From assembly GCA_951406725.2 (NCBI GenBank), contig OX597825.1, positions 21,824,001 to 21,888,000 of the forward strand: a stretch of 64,000 bases of DNA. Direction: 5' to 3'. The notes under the pieces were generated by a model, which was not told the DNA's origin, made no database searches, and saw only the letters and a program-made list of their open reading frames with translations. Source of the DNA: Octopus vulgaris. Lineage: Eukaryota. The translations under genes were made by a program, and so were the position numbers. Numbering within the stretch: the stretch's first letter is position 1; the number at the start of each line of letters is the position of its first letter. Positions 25,743 through 38,942 of the stretch are shown here, piece by piece.

Positions 25743-26639
25743 GTGTTCTCCGTCTATAATAGTGAATACAACTAATTTATTAAAAATATTGAGTGTATAT
25801 CTTTTATCTTATATCATCACTCAATTATTCCTTTCAGTCAATCGTCTCCAGACGTACTATGGCGCACACATAACGAGTTAAATGGAACAAATCAATCTTA
25901 GCACTTATTTTCCATCGGTACATGTTGCAGAAACGCTAATGTTACTCGAACATAAACAAACCAATAACGGTTGTCGAGCGGTGATAGGGGACAAACACTA
26001 CACAAATACAAAGACATGCACACGCGCACACACATTCGACAGGTTTCCATAGAGCCTCCGTCTACCAAATTCACTTACAAAACATTGGTCGACCCGAGGC
26101 TACAGCAGAAGATACTTTCTCAAAATACTGTGCAGTGAAATTGAATTCGAAACCATATACTTGCAAAGCGAGCTTCTTAACCGTAACAACATGCCTGCGC
26201 CTAACAACACAGCCATGCTTGCTCCTGGAGATTTTACAACTGTATCGCATGTCTCTCCAGTTTTAGTTTCGACTATCTATCTATCAAAGGAAGCAGATAA
26301 TACGACCTTCTACAAAGCAGAAAAGAACTATAGTCAAGCGCTAGTTATGAAATTTAGAGATCTTTCCAAAATCACAATGATTTCTCACAAAAATATAGAA
26401 TTTTCTTAGCCCATTCAACAAAGTATTTTGATTAGTTATGCAAAATGTTTTCTTTCAATAAATCAATAATCGACTGGTTCATAATTGGCTCCGTATTTAC
26501 AAGCAAGTCATGCATTTCTGTAGAGTAAGCACTTTGTAATATGCAATAATGAATTGCTTTACACATTCATTCACACACTCACATCTATCTGTCGGTCTGA
26601 CTAACTATCTATATATTTATCATGATGATGTCGACGATC

Positions 26640-26644
26640 ATCAT

Positions 26645-26698
<54 letters not shown>

Positions 26699-26712
26699 CA
26701 CTGCTGCTGCTG

Positions 26713-26766
<54 letters not shown>

Positions 26767-27180
26767 TTATTACTACTACCACCAATACTACTACTACTAC
26801 TAGTACTACTACTACCGCTTCCGCTGCTGCTGCCGCTGCAGTAGCGGCGGCGAGCTGGCAGACTCTTTAGCACGGTGTGTATAAAAGGCTTAGTAGTATT
26901 TGATCCGTCTTTATGTTCTGAGTTCAAATTCCGCCGAGGGCGACTTTACCTTTCATTTTCTCAGGGTCAATAAAATAAGTACCAGCAGAGGACTGCGGTC
27001 GATGCATTCGAGATGTTGTCGTTGCTGTTGTTGTTGTTGTTGTTGTTGTTATCATCATCATCATCATCATCATCATCATATCCATCATCATCATTTTTAT
27101 CATCATCATCATCATCATCATCATCATTATTATTATTATTATTATTATTAATATTATTGTTATTATTATTATTATTATTT
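26640..27180. repeat. Compound trinucleotide repeats (TAC/TGC/TTG/CAT/TAT) around a family C SINE remnant
   Basis: Direct reading; these produce the poly-Y/T/S/H pseudo-ORFs. Confidence 0.9.
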
Positions 27181-27409
27181 AGGCGGTGAGAATATCAGAA
27201 TCGTTAGCCGGCCGGAGGGAAATGCTTGACAGTATTTCGTCGTTACTACGTACTGTGTTCATATTCCCTCGAGGTTAACTTTGCCTTTCATCCTTTTGGT
27301 GCTGAAAAATTAAGTGCCATTTAAGTACCGGAGGCGATGTAATAAACTATCCCCTTTCCCGAAATTTCAGGCCTTGTACCTAATAGTAGAAAATATTATA
27401 TTATTATTA

Positions 27410-27490
<81 letters not shown>

Positions 27491-27752
27491 TATGTTTGAC
27501 TTTTGCTTTATATTTGTACAAGTTGGCTCCAAGTCTCACCCAGAGACCTCAAGAGACAACAGGGTTGGAAGTTCATGTTGTTGTTATGCCTAGTGTGCCA
27601 TATATTTGGGGGGTGGGGATGTTGTACTAATGAATGTCTAAAAAAAAAAATTTTTTTTTTTTTTTTTTTTTTAAACCGAAAATTATGTTTGTTTTAAACC
27701 TTGAGATTACATAGAGAGTATTTTGCGTAGGATATGAGCAGTTCCCATGAGC

Positions 27753-27817
<65 letters not shown>

Positions 27818-27819
<2 letters not shown>

Positions 27820-28470
27820 TTTATCATCTGACAAAAACTGTCTGCTTATTTTCCTGGGTATGTTGGAATGTGTCAGCTGCCCACAGCCACAAGGTTATAG
27901 TTATGATTGTTTATTCAAGAACCCTGCAGAGAAGTCTGGCATTTCCAAGCAATGATGATTTTTGTGGGAGTTCTATCTTTACATTTGTACCAATCTGTTT
28001 TGTTAGTTCAATGCTGATACTCCCAAGCATGCCAGCCACTATTGGTGCCATGTCTACTCTCCTCATTGACCACATCCATCGTATTTGTTTACTTTTTCTT
28101 CTTCTTTGCCTTTGGTCATGTTATCACCGGGGCATGCTATGTACATTATCATGCAATTTTGTTTCCTTTTTTTTAATTCAAAAATGTCCGGTTTCCGATG
28201 TCCAATTTAAGGGTCACACTGAATCATTGCATCCCACAGGATTTTGCAGGTTTAATTCTCAGTAACTCCTTGTATTTGTTCATACCAGCTTTTTGCTCCT
28301 TGTAGAGCGTAATATGCGCATAGCTCCCAATGGACCATTCTTGTCACGTTTTACTAACTTCAGGCATTCACTGACAATGCTCCTTACCGTTTTTACCCCC
28401 TCACCACACAAACTGCATTTGACGGTCTCAGTTGTGCAGCCGGTTCTACACTTCACATACACCACAATCA
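27818..28470 (-). mobile_element. 3' fragment of an R4/Dong-like (restriction-like endonuclease) non-LTR retrotransposon
   Basis: Minus-strand degenerate peptides KCSLCGEGVKTVRSIVSECLKL (zinc-knuckle-like) and WMWSMRRVDMAPIVAGMLGSI...ELPQKSSLLGNARLLCRVL (REL C-terminus), ending at a (TAA)n tract (27752-27817) as is typical for this clade. Confidence 0.7.
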
Positions 28471-28907
28471 TAGGTGCGTCACATGGTGATCTCATATCAA
28501 GATAAACAGCGCATGACCTGGCAGGTGTGGCCCACAAAGGGTTTTCCTCCAGTCGTGTAGTCCATCCCTCTCGAAAGTTGCCCTAACAAGGTTGTTTAAG
28601 GATAATGAATGAAAGAGTATTGATTCCGGAGGTGACGTATTCAATCCCCAAAGAACTCCTCTCAAGACATGGCCATGATGCTTCCCCATTACATCTGCTC
28701 GTGATCAGAGTTGCATATATCCACAGCCACTAAGCAGCATGAGAAACAGACACGAAAATCTGTTGCATTGTGCGAAATATTTACGTTTGCCTATATTTTA
28801 TACCAAGATAAACCATGTACATGCAAAAAACTTCCATCAGTTAAGATCTAAAGGCAAGACGGCCATTATCTGGTACTGCTTCAGGTTATTCTTGTTGTTG
28901 TTGTTGG

Positions 28908-29163
28908 TCTTCTTCTTCTTCTTCTTCTTCTTCTTCTTCTTCTTCTTCTTCTTCTTCTTCTTCTTCTTCTTCTTCTTCTCCTCCTCCTCCTTCTTCTTCT
29001 TCTTCTTCTTCTTCTTCTTCTTCTCCTTCGTCTTCTTCTTTTTCATTTTCTTCTTCTTCTTCTCCTTCTTCTTCTTTTCCTTCTTCTTCTTCATCTTATT
29101 TTCCTTCTTCTTCTTCTTCTTCTTCTTCTTCTTCTTCTTCTTCTTCTTCTCCTTCTTCTTCTT

Positions 29164-29192
<29 letters not shown>
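28908..29192. repeat. (CTT)n/(GAA)n microsatellite
   Basis: Direct reading; source of the poly-F/K/R ORFs. Confidence 0.95.
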
Positions 29193-29196
<4 letters not shown>

Positions 29197-29368
29197 ATTA
29201 TTATTGTTATCGTTGATGGGTTTGAAATACTCTGTCGGAAATTTGTTGGGCAAATAGAGGATAAAGTAGAAACTACCGGAATAAGTATTGCAGTGTGATC
29301 GATAAGTGAATCTATCATTCGCATCGAAATCACTCACTCACACGCTCATCTACTCACTCCTTCCCTCC

Positions 29369-29399
<31 letters not shown>

Positions 29400-29940
29400 T
29401 ACTCTCTCGCATAAACCGAACACATATGCACATATATGTATGCACTGAGGTTTAGATGCATGTACACACACACACATACGCTTATTTATATTTTTACGTT
29501 CATACATACACCCACACACAACCAGACATACACAAACACACGCGTCTAAATATATTGACAGAGTTAGCTAAAGAAGATGGGCGGGATAGAGAGAGAGAGC
29601 AGGATACAGGGGGAGCAGGAGAGAGGGAGGGAGCAAGACAGAAAGAGAGAGACAGAGAGAGAGAGAGACAGAGAAAGAGAGAGAGGGGAGAGAGAAAAGG
29701 GGTGTATTTGTGTTTGTGGATATCTTATCAGATTTTGTCTCGAAATTGACTTATTCTATAGACATAGAACATTAAAATAAATAACTGGCAGAAAATAAAT
29801 AGTGGGGTCGATAGGATCGGCTGAGTCATAAAAACCATGCCCCTAGTCCAATGAGAGATAAATAAATCTTAGGATGGATGCATATATGCATATGTATGTA
29901 TATATAGATATGTATATAAATACATATACATATACATATT

Positions 29941-30012
<72 letters not shown>

Positions 30013-30671
30013 TGCGTGTGCGTCTGTGTTTGTATACATACTTACGTGCATACGCCCTTAGGTGTGTATAGAGATGCGTGATATTCATATATATACATAA
30101 ACATGCAAGCTCCATTCTCTTCTATACGCACATACATACATACATACATACATACATACATACATACATACATACATACATACATACATACATACATACA
30201 TACATACACACATACATACATACATGCATACATGCATACATACATATATTAATGGACCCCAATACACTTCTTTTTAAGCTGGGACGTATTCTATCGATTC
30301 TTATGCCTAACCGCCATCATCGTTTGTCAGACAGCTGTGATATCAAACGGACACATACACACATCCACACTCACACACGCACGATAAATTTCTTTCAGTA
30401 TTCGTCTACCAAATTCATTGGCATGGCATTGGCATGACTTTGGTGAATCCGTGGGCATAGTACAAGACACTAGCCAAACTTTCCGCGTATTGGGACTGAT
30501 CCTGGAACCAAGAGATTAGGGAAAAAGCGTCTTACCTCAGAACCAAGCTTATATACATACATATATACGTGTGTGTATTGTGAGTGTATATATATATATA
30601 TATATATATATGTTTCTACATATTTATATATATATATATATATACATACATATACGTGTGCAAGCGCGTGT

Positions 30672-30726
<55 letters not shown>

Positions 30727-31384
30727 TATATATATATATATGTATGTATATATATATATTTATATATATGTATATATATATATATACGCTGATGTATGTA
30801 TGTTTATATATATATATATATATATATATATCGTATATACATATATTTATGCATATATATACATATATACATATATATGATATGTATGTGTGTGTACGTT
30901 TTTATAACCAGGTATGTCTGTCTATGCGTGTGTGTTCGTGCGCCTGTGTGTATGTGCTTTGTGTGTGTAGAACTTGATTCCTGGTGCAAATATCAATGTT
31001 ATTGATTCCACTTGGCTGAATAATATTCATCGTATATTTTGAATAGCCAATTATAAGTCGTAATTACAGCAATTTTCGATACGTAATGTCTACATATACT
31101 TGTTAGCAAATTTTATGATAAATGTAATTGTATTAAGGAAAGATATTCCACATCAACGCGACGGATAAACATATCCGTTTGGTTTCTGAAGCTTCTATTA
31201 TCAAGATCTTGCTAGCAGTTTTGTCTTCAACGCATGCAAAAGGGCAGCAAAAAGTTCAAATCGGTCCGTTTCAATCTTTACAGGTCACTTTAGACCACGG
31301 TTGGGGAAAATATTAAGTACGGCGGGTAAAAATTTCCAATGCAAAATGTGCGCAGGCCGGTCACAAGTTCAAATTGTTATATCT

Positions 31385-31647
31385 CTTTTACTCTTTTACT
31401 TGTTTCTGTCATTCGACTGCGGTCATGATGGAGCACCAGCTTTACTCGAGAAAATCGACCCCAGGACTTATTTTGTAAGACTAGTAATTATTCTATCGAT
31501 CTCTTTTGCAGAACCGCTAAGTTACGGGGACCTAAACACACCAGCATCGGTGGTGAAGTGATGCTGGGGGGTGGGCAAACACAGATACACAAACACACAC
31601 ACACACAAACACACACACAAACACACACACACACACACACACACACG

Positions 31648-31705
<58 letters not shown>

Positions 31706-31876
31706 TATTTAACGACAGTCTTCTTTCAGTTTCAGTCTACCTAATCCACTCACAAGTTTCGGTCGACCCGAGGCTATAGTAGAAGTCACTCACCCAAAGT
31801 GCCACGCAGTGGGTCTGAACCCGGAACCATGTGGTTGGTAAGCAAGCGACTTACCACACAGCCACTCCCGCGCCTA
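31385..31876 (-). mobile_element. SINE family B, full length
   Basis: Reverse complement of 12731-13163, including head (cagccactcccgcgcct) and tail (ctcttttactcttttacttgtttc). Confidence 0.85.
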
Positions 31877-32785
31877 TCTGTGTAAATCTTGTATATATCT
31901 ATGTATAATTCGATATATATTAGTAAAGATTACTTTAACACATCAAATTAATGCGCAACATCTTCATTAACGCCACCACTGAATTTAGGATTTTTATATT
32001 ACTATATTTTATAGTTTTCAGTAAGTGTAGTTGGGTCTCAAGAGGGAGGTAGTAACATAGCAATGTGTTTTAAAGTAACAGCAAAATTTCCATTCAAATG
32101 GCTATTACCGAACTATTCCTGTTCCAACGTGAGCCTTTTAAGTCGTAGTCAAAACGTGACCTATATTGCAAATAGGCATACAAATATTGTGTAAATTTTA
32201 TAATTGAAAAATTTACTACATTTTGTACATACGAGTTTTTATCAGCCTGCAGGAGCAACTCTGCAGGCCGGCGGAGTTTTCCTTGCCTCTGCTTTAGACA
32301 AGCAAAGGAGACTAAGTTGGTTGATGATAACTTCTTTTGCAACTAGTTGAGTAATTTATATTTCGTGAACTTAATTTTGAATGGATATGTGCGAAAGAAT
32401 GTTCGTGTTTAAATGAATAAACACCTCGTGAGAAAACAGCACGTGCAAATGAGAAGATATGGCGGTGAATGTTTATATTGGGGGATAAAAATCAAGCGGT
32501 GTGAGGTGAAAGATAAAAACCGAGACGAACATGGAGTTCTGAGCACTGGTTAATAATTTTTCTGTGTGTGTATATATATATATATATATAGGCCTGTAAT
32601 ACAGGTCAGCGGGGTCCAGATTTGCGTTACTATCGATCGATGGATACCATCCGTGCTTATAACATCATAACGCACTTTAAAGTGCAAGATTGTGCACTAA
32701 CAATTGGCGGAAATGTATTAATTTGACTGCACTATGATTAAGAAAACTGTTTTCTATATTCTCTGTTTTCTTTAAACTATTATTG

Positions 32786-32846
<61 letters not shown>

Positions 32847-33750
32847 AATATATATATATCATCATCATTTATCGTCCGTTATCCACCCGGGCGTGGATTC
32901 AACGCCTTTTCAAGATTCGGCAAGCCGGAAGTCTGTCTGTTTTGGCAAGGTCTTCCGGCTGTTCTTTGTGTGGAGTGGCTGCATTTAACTTGGCAGCAGC
33001 ACCGGTGGGCTAAGCAAGTAACTTTCCAGGAAAAAGGTATTTAAAGGGGTGGGTCAATGGAGGATGTACACAGGTGATGGGAGATTAGAGTAGTCTTATT
33101 CTTTTATTCGAAATTGGTGGCCGTGTGCCAAGACTTGAAACAAATATTATAAGACGCTACAGCGCCAGCTAAAATGCTTAGCGACATTTCTTGTGATCTT
33201 ACGATCTGAGTTCAGATTCTGCCGTATTCAAATTTGCCTTTCTTAGTTTCGAGGTTGATCAAATAAGGACCTGCTGAGCATTGACGTCTACAAAACCGAC
33301 TTAACCGTATTACGACATTGCCGGCCAAGTGCAAAAGTTTGACAGCAATATTATAAGCCCCTGCGCATCAACCATTTCATCTGTAGGGTAAATCTTCGAC
33401 TTTAAGTTATTTGTTTCGTGCATTGTCGTTGTCTCACAGGTTCAATTTAGAGACACTGGAGAATAATATAACGCCAGAAAGATTAGGTGTTGTAGAGTCC
33501 GAGAGTTTAACCGTATGTTCATAAAAATACAGTTATATTTGTAGTTAAGACGAGAGATTGTATCTGCTTTACGAATGAAAACTGGAGTTTTAATTGCCTC
33601 AACATCAATTCTGTAGCGTATGTTGAAAGGTATTACATTTTTTTCTGATTGTAATATAAATTCTGTTCGTGAATGGTATTTTTTTTTGGGTGCTGCGGAG
33701 GGAATGTACGTATATGAATGTATATATACCTACATTTATGCACGCGCACA

Positions 33751-33832
<82 letters not shown>

Positions 33833-34161
33833 TATCAGTGTTTGTGTGTATATGTATTTGTAGTTTTGTGATTAGATCTTTGGATTCACGATTTCTAGAA
33901 TGTGGATTTCATTCCCGGACAGGGCAGCACAAGTTTGTGTCCTTGAACAAAGCATTCGCGTTGCTCTGCAAGAGTGGCAGAATCGTTGGCGCGTCGGCAG
34001 AGATGCATTACTGTAATATATTCCGATTCTCTGTATTCTGAGTTCAAAACCTACCTGCTTGGCGAAGCCAAATTGAAACCACTCCACTATTAAGTCCCAG
34101 GAATTTATTTAACAGCAGCAGGGCAGGTATATATGTAGGAGTGTGTGATTAAGTGTGTATG

Positions 34162-34200
<39 letters not shown>

Positions 34201-34300
34201 ATGCATGTATGTATATATATGTATATGTATATATATATATGTATATATAAATATGTATATATATATATATATATGTAGGTATGTATATATATATATATGT

Positions 34301-34336
<36 letters not shown>

Positions 34337-34342
34337 GATATA

Positions 34343-34441
<99 letters not shown>

Positions 34442-35528
34442 ATGACAGATTACTTTATTGACGAGGTGGAATGCTAGGCAGCTCACCATCGACACGCATT
34501 TCTCACATTTACGATTGCTGTCGGATGAATCCCTTGTCTCTCTTCAACACGCATATTATGGCACGGGAGTGGATATTCTCTCTAATGAAAAAAAGGAAAA
34601 AGAAAACGGAAAGAAAAAATGAGAACAGAAAAAAAGCTGAAGAAATTTCAAAGAAAATGAATGTGAAAGAAGAAGTGGAAGAGAATAAGAGTAAAACGAA
34701 AACACCAGGAAGAAAAATTGTGCAGTGGAAGCAAAAAAAAAAAAAAATATATAAAATGAGGAATAGATCTGAAAGAGTATCTGGAAATTTCTGTAAAGTG
34801 ACATTGATGGCCGCTGCGAATTATGGTGATGAATATAAAAGACTTACGGAACCTATGAATGAAGTATGATTTGATTTTACTGGTGAAGTGCGTAATATAA
34901 TTTAGAGACCCTATTTAACTTAATAGGATTTGGAACTAAAGAGCCTGCGTATACTTTAACCTCCCTTTAGTGTTTTCAATATATATATGTGTGCGTGTGT
35001 GTGTTCGTTTACAGACATAAAGAGAATGAGTTATGCGAAATGACTTGGTAGGGTTATTGACCTGCGTTTCAGAAACAAAGACGTAGTATCTCCCAAATGA
35101 GATAATTTCTCGCTATATTGACACCACTTTGCCTTGCATAGAAGGTAAAACGATCGCTTGGTATCAACTGGGACCGGTTCGAAGTAAGAAGAGGAATAGT
35201 ATCTCGAATCAAACATTCTTGAAATTATACATGCCATTAAGGAAAACGCAGTTTAACTCTTTATGGATGCGACGAGAAAACTTTAGGCACGTGATCTGAT
35301 TAAATAAAGGATCATTAGTACAGTGTTTATCCTACTTTTCTTTCAAAAGAACGATACAGGTAAATACTTGTGCGAAAAATGATAACATATCGATGGCATT
35401 CGCAGTTTGCTCAATGCGAAAATGTGTTAAATTAAACAACTCCGTGTGGTTAGTGGTATATATTTGAGCAACGACGACTATTAAGTGTATATTACATCAC
35501 ATACAGTTGCATAAATTTAAAATACTGA

Positions 35529-35612
<84 letters not shown>

Positions 35613-35691
35613 ATTGCAGCGTGGAAGGTGTTTATAAGCCATTTAAGAAACATATAAACGGTTAGATTCACTTCAATATTTAAATTTAATT

Positions 35692-35738
35692 TATCAAAAT
35701 ATTTTCGTCGCTTTGAGACCGCGATCTGTTCACTGACA
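35692..35738 (-). ncRNA. Hammerhead-like motif with variant core GUGAACA
   Basis: Minus strand: UGUCA-GUGAACA-G-AUCGC-ggucucaaa-GCGAC-GAAA-AUAU-UU-UGAUA. Confidence 0.6.
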
Positions 35739-35765
35739 CAACGTCACGAAGATGCAGCACGAAGT

Positions 35766-35815
35766 TTTGTCAGTGAACAGGTCGCATCTCAAAGCGACGA
35801 AAGTATTTTGACAAA
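35766..35815 (+). ncRNA. Hammerhead-like motif with variant core GUGAACA (G3:C8)
   Basis: Stem I UUUGUCA(35766-72)/UGACAAA(35809-15); GUGAACA(35773-79); G; stem II GUCGC(35781-85)/GCGAC(35794-98); GAAA(35799-802); GUAU; UU. Confidence 0.68.
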
Positions 35816-35915
35816 TTAAAGTTAAATGTTGAAGTGAATCTAACGGTTTTTGTGTGTTTCTTAAATGGCTTAAAAACACCTCAGATCAAATCACACGCTA
35901 TGCTAGTACATCTCC

Positions 35916-35951
<36 letters not shown>

Positions 35952-36185
35952 GTGACCGGTAATATATATTAATAAGTATAATATCGGTACTTATTAATAT
36001 TAATATATACACTGTTATATATTTTGTTTTATTTTGTTCTGTTTACCTTCCTTTTTGTACAAATGTGTATTATATTATATAAGTATATATTATGATGTCA
36101 TATCTACAAATTTTAAACATTTTTATATATACATATTTATATGTCTATGATTACATAATATGTGCGTACATACATATTTAATTTA

Positions 36186-36305
36186 AATATTGAAGAGGCC
36201 GTGGGTCATGATTTTAGCAAGTGCCTACAATTTACCATACAGATTCTATGTATTCATATGTAAATGTGTGTGTGTCTGTGTTTGTGCCGAAACAGCTGTC
36301 AGTGT
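36186..36305 (+). ncRNA. Degenerate minimal hammerhead remnant
   Basis: (c)UGAAGA-GGC...GCC-GAAAC-AGCU-GUC-agugu; the 3' half is canonical with a palindromic stem III, the 5' core is damaged. Confidence 0.45.
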
Positions 36306-36420
36306 GTGTGAGTTTAATTACATCATAAATATATATGAAATTTTTACAATATCTCTTATATATATATATAACATGTAATATTATATATATATCATTTCAT
36401 ATATATATATATTGCCTATA

Positions 36421-36570
36421 TACTACATATGTAATGGCTCCTAAATTAGGATGCCGAGTGCTGGGAACACAAAGGAGATGAATTTATCGGATAGTTGAAA
36501 ATCAAAAACGTTTACTGATAACCTTAAGGACTGATCAGTTTCTCCTCTTTCTAGCTACCCTTCTTGGTTA
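36421..36570 (-). mobile_element. 5'-truncated pLTR-like fragment with 3' half of an HHR
   Basis: Minus strand GAAAC-UGAUCA-GUC (36529-36542), then a ~108-nt tail ending in TA repeats. Confidence 0.45.
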
Positions 36571-36597
36571 TATATTGTATATATATATATATATATA

Positions 36598-36970
36598 TGG
36601 GCGTAGGAGATGCTGTGCGGTAAGTAGATTGCAAATGGTTCTGGGTTCATTCCTACTATGTGGCACTTTGGCCAAGTGTCTTCTGCTATAGCCTCGGGCC
36701 GACCAAAACCTTGAGTGGATTTGGTAGACGGAAACTGAAAGAAGCCCGTAGCATATATGTATATGTGTGAGTTTGTCTCCGTTTGCGCAGCCCCACCATC
36801 GCTTGACAACTGATGGCGGAATGTTTACGTCCCCGAAACTTAGCGGTTCAGCCATAGAAACAGTTAGAATAAGTACTAGGCTTACAAAGAATAATTCCTT
36901 GGGTCGATTTCCTCGACTAAAGGCAGAGCACCAGCATGGCCACAGTCAAATGACTGAAACAAGTAAAAGA

Positions 36971-36971
<1 letters not shown>
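36598..36971 (+). mobile_element. SINE family B copy
   Basis: Collinear with 12731-13163. Confidence 0.8.
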
Positions 36972-37009
<38 letters not shown>

Positions 37010-37010
37010 T

Positions 37011-37077
<67 letters not shown>

Positions 37078-37823
37078 TATAGAGATATAGATATAGATAT
37101 ATAGATATATATCGATGTAATGTAAACTGCGTTACTTGCGTGATTCATAAAATTGCAGTTTTGTAGGTCCTTCCAGAGCCCCTCTTCATATATTTTAGTA
37201 GAATTTTCTATTACCATTTTGATAAGCATTTTGGTAGGTGAAACCTAAATGTCTACTTGAGCGAAATGACAGCTAATACAACGATTGTTTCCTCTGAATC
37301 TGATACATCGAACAAGCGAGCAAATAAATAAGAATGCTAATAGATTAACATGCTATGGGCTAATATGCACCGAAGGTTAAGATGTGAAGATTAAGTGAAC
37401 TGAGATTTTGAACAAAATCTGCATGCAATGAATTTTATTTGGCAAATATGAATATAAGGAAACTCTTCTCTCTAGAGACGTACATAATTATTTTTTTCTG
37501 AAAGCTAAATTGAAACTATTCTGCAGTTTTTGTTGGCCAGTCTATATTTCCCAGTCCCAATCCTAGAAGTATCCAGATACTATGTGGAGGCGCCTGATTT
37601 AATGGTTGGTGTAATGCACTCATGATTATAAGACTGTGGTGTCGATTGCTAGACCAAGCGATGTGCGTAGCTTTTTTGCGAAGCGCTTCCTGTCACGTCG
37701 CTCCAGTTAAGTCACCTCGTAACAAAGTGTAAAGCTGCGAAGAACAGACCAATAGTTTATGTGGTGGTGGTGATGTATGTATGTATGTATGTATGTATGT
37801 ATCTCTATCTATCTATACACACA

Positions 37824-37916
<93 letters not shown>

Positions 37917-38619
37917 GTATATCACTGAATCTGGGAAACCATCTTGTATGAAGATATGACTCGGAAAGTTGGCTCGGGAAGGACCGCCTAGTGATCAATT
38001 CTATAATAGTTAGAAGATGCTTTTTCTCGCTCAGATAAAGTAAGTCTATAAATGGAAAAACAATATTTTGAATGATATAACATATCTTATATAGCTGATG
38101 TATAACGTGTTTTCGAGTTCAGTAACCATTCGACTTTTTATGGTTTTAAATTCAACGGGTGTGGGTCGCAGTCATATCTCTGGTCGTTAAAATCGTTTGT
38201 AACGGATTAAAGCTCGCCACTACGAATAATTACCCTGGCTCTGGTTATGAATCGGTAGTAATCTAATTTGCAACGGAAAAGATAAATGATTTAAATATTT
38301 TGACACTGGCTTAAAAATCGAATCAAACACAAATATTTACTCGTCTTTTTTGAATGGATAGTCGATCCTATATGCTTCACAGCCCAGGGCTGTCGGATAT
38401 TGCTGTCTCATATTGATAGAAATAAACGCAGTTGGGCTGAATGACTAAAATATTCGCTTTACAATCACGATTTCCTGCTATCGTTCTCTTATTGTAGTAT
38501 TTTAGTAAATGGAGGCATTGTGACCAGGCTGAAACGTTGTGGCAGATCGTCGTGGTTGTTGCATCTGTAATTAAATGCCCGAGCTTTGCCATGCACTGTG
38601 TCGAACTGAATGTATGTGG

Positions 38620-38942
38620 TGTGGAAGCACTCCGTCGGTTACGACGACGAGGGTTCCGGTTGATCCGAATCAACGGAACAGCCTGCTCGTGAAATTAACG
38701 TGTAAGTGGCTGAGCACTCCACAGACACGTGCATCGTTAATGTAGTTCTCGGGGATATTCAGCGTGACACAGAGAGTGACAAGGCCGGCCCTTTGAAATA
38801 CAGGTACAACAGAAACAGGAAGTAAGAGTGAAGGTTGTGGTGAAAGAGTACAGCAGGGATCACCACCATCCCTGCCGGAGCCGCGTGGAGCTTTAGGTGT
38901 TTTCGCTCAATAAACACTCACAACGCCCGGTCTGGGAATCGA
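38620..38942 (-). mobile_element. SINE family D/D2 copy, head truncated
   Basis: Shares ctttaggtgttttcgctcaataaacactcacaacgcccggtctgggaatcga with 62480-62533, and its body with 3978-4160. Confidence 0.7.

Larger units (their letters stand above)
35607..35918. mobile_element. Small palindromic HHR-bearing element (back-to-back pLTR-like fragments) in (TA)n
   Basis: Imperfect inverted arms 35626-35738 and 35768-35881 with a 29-nt spacer; TA tracts on both sides. Confidence 0.8.
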
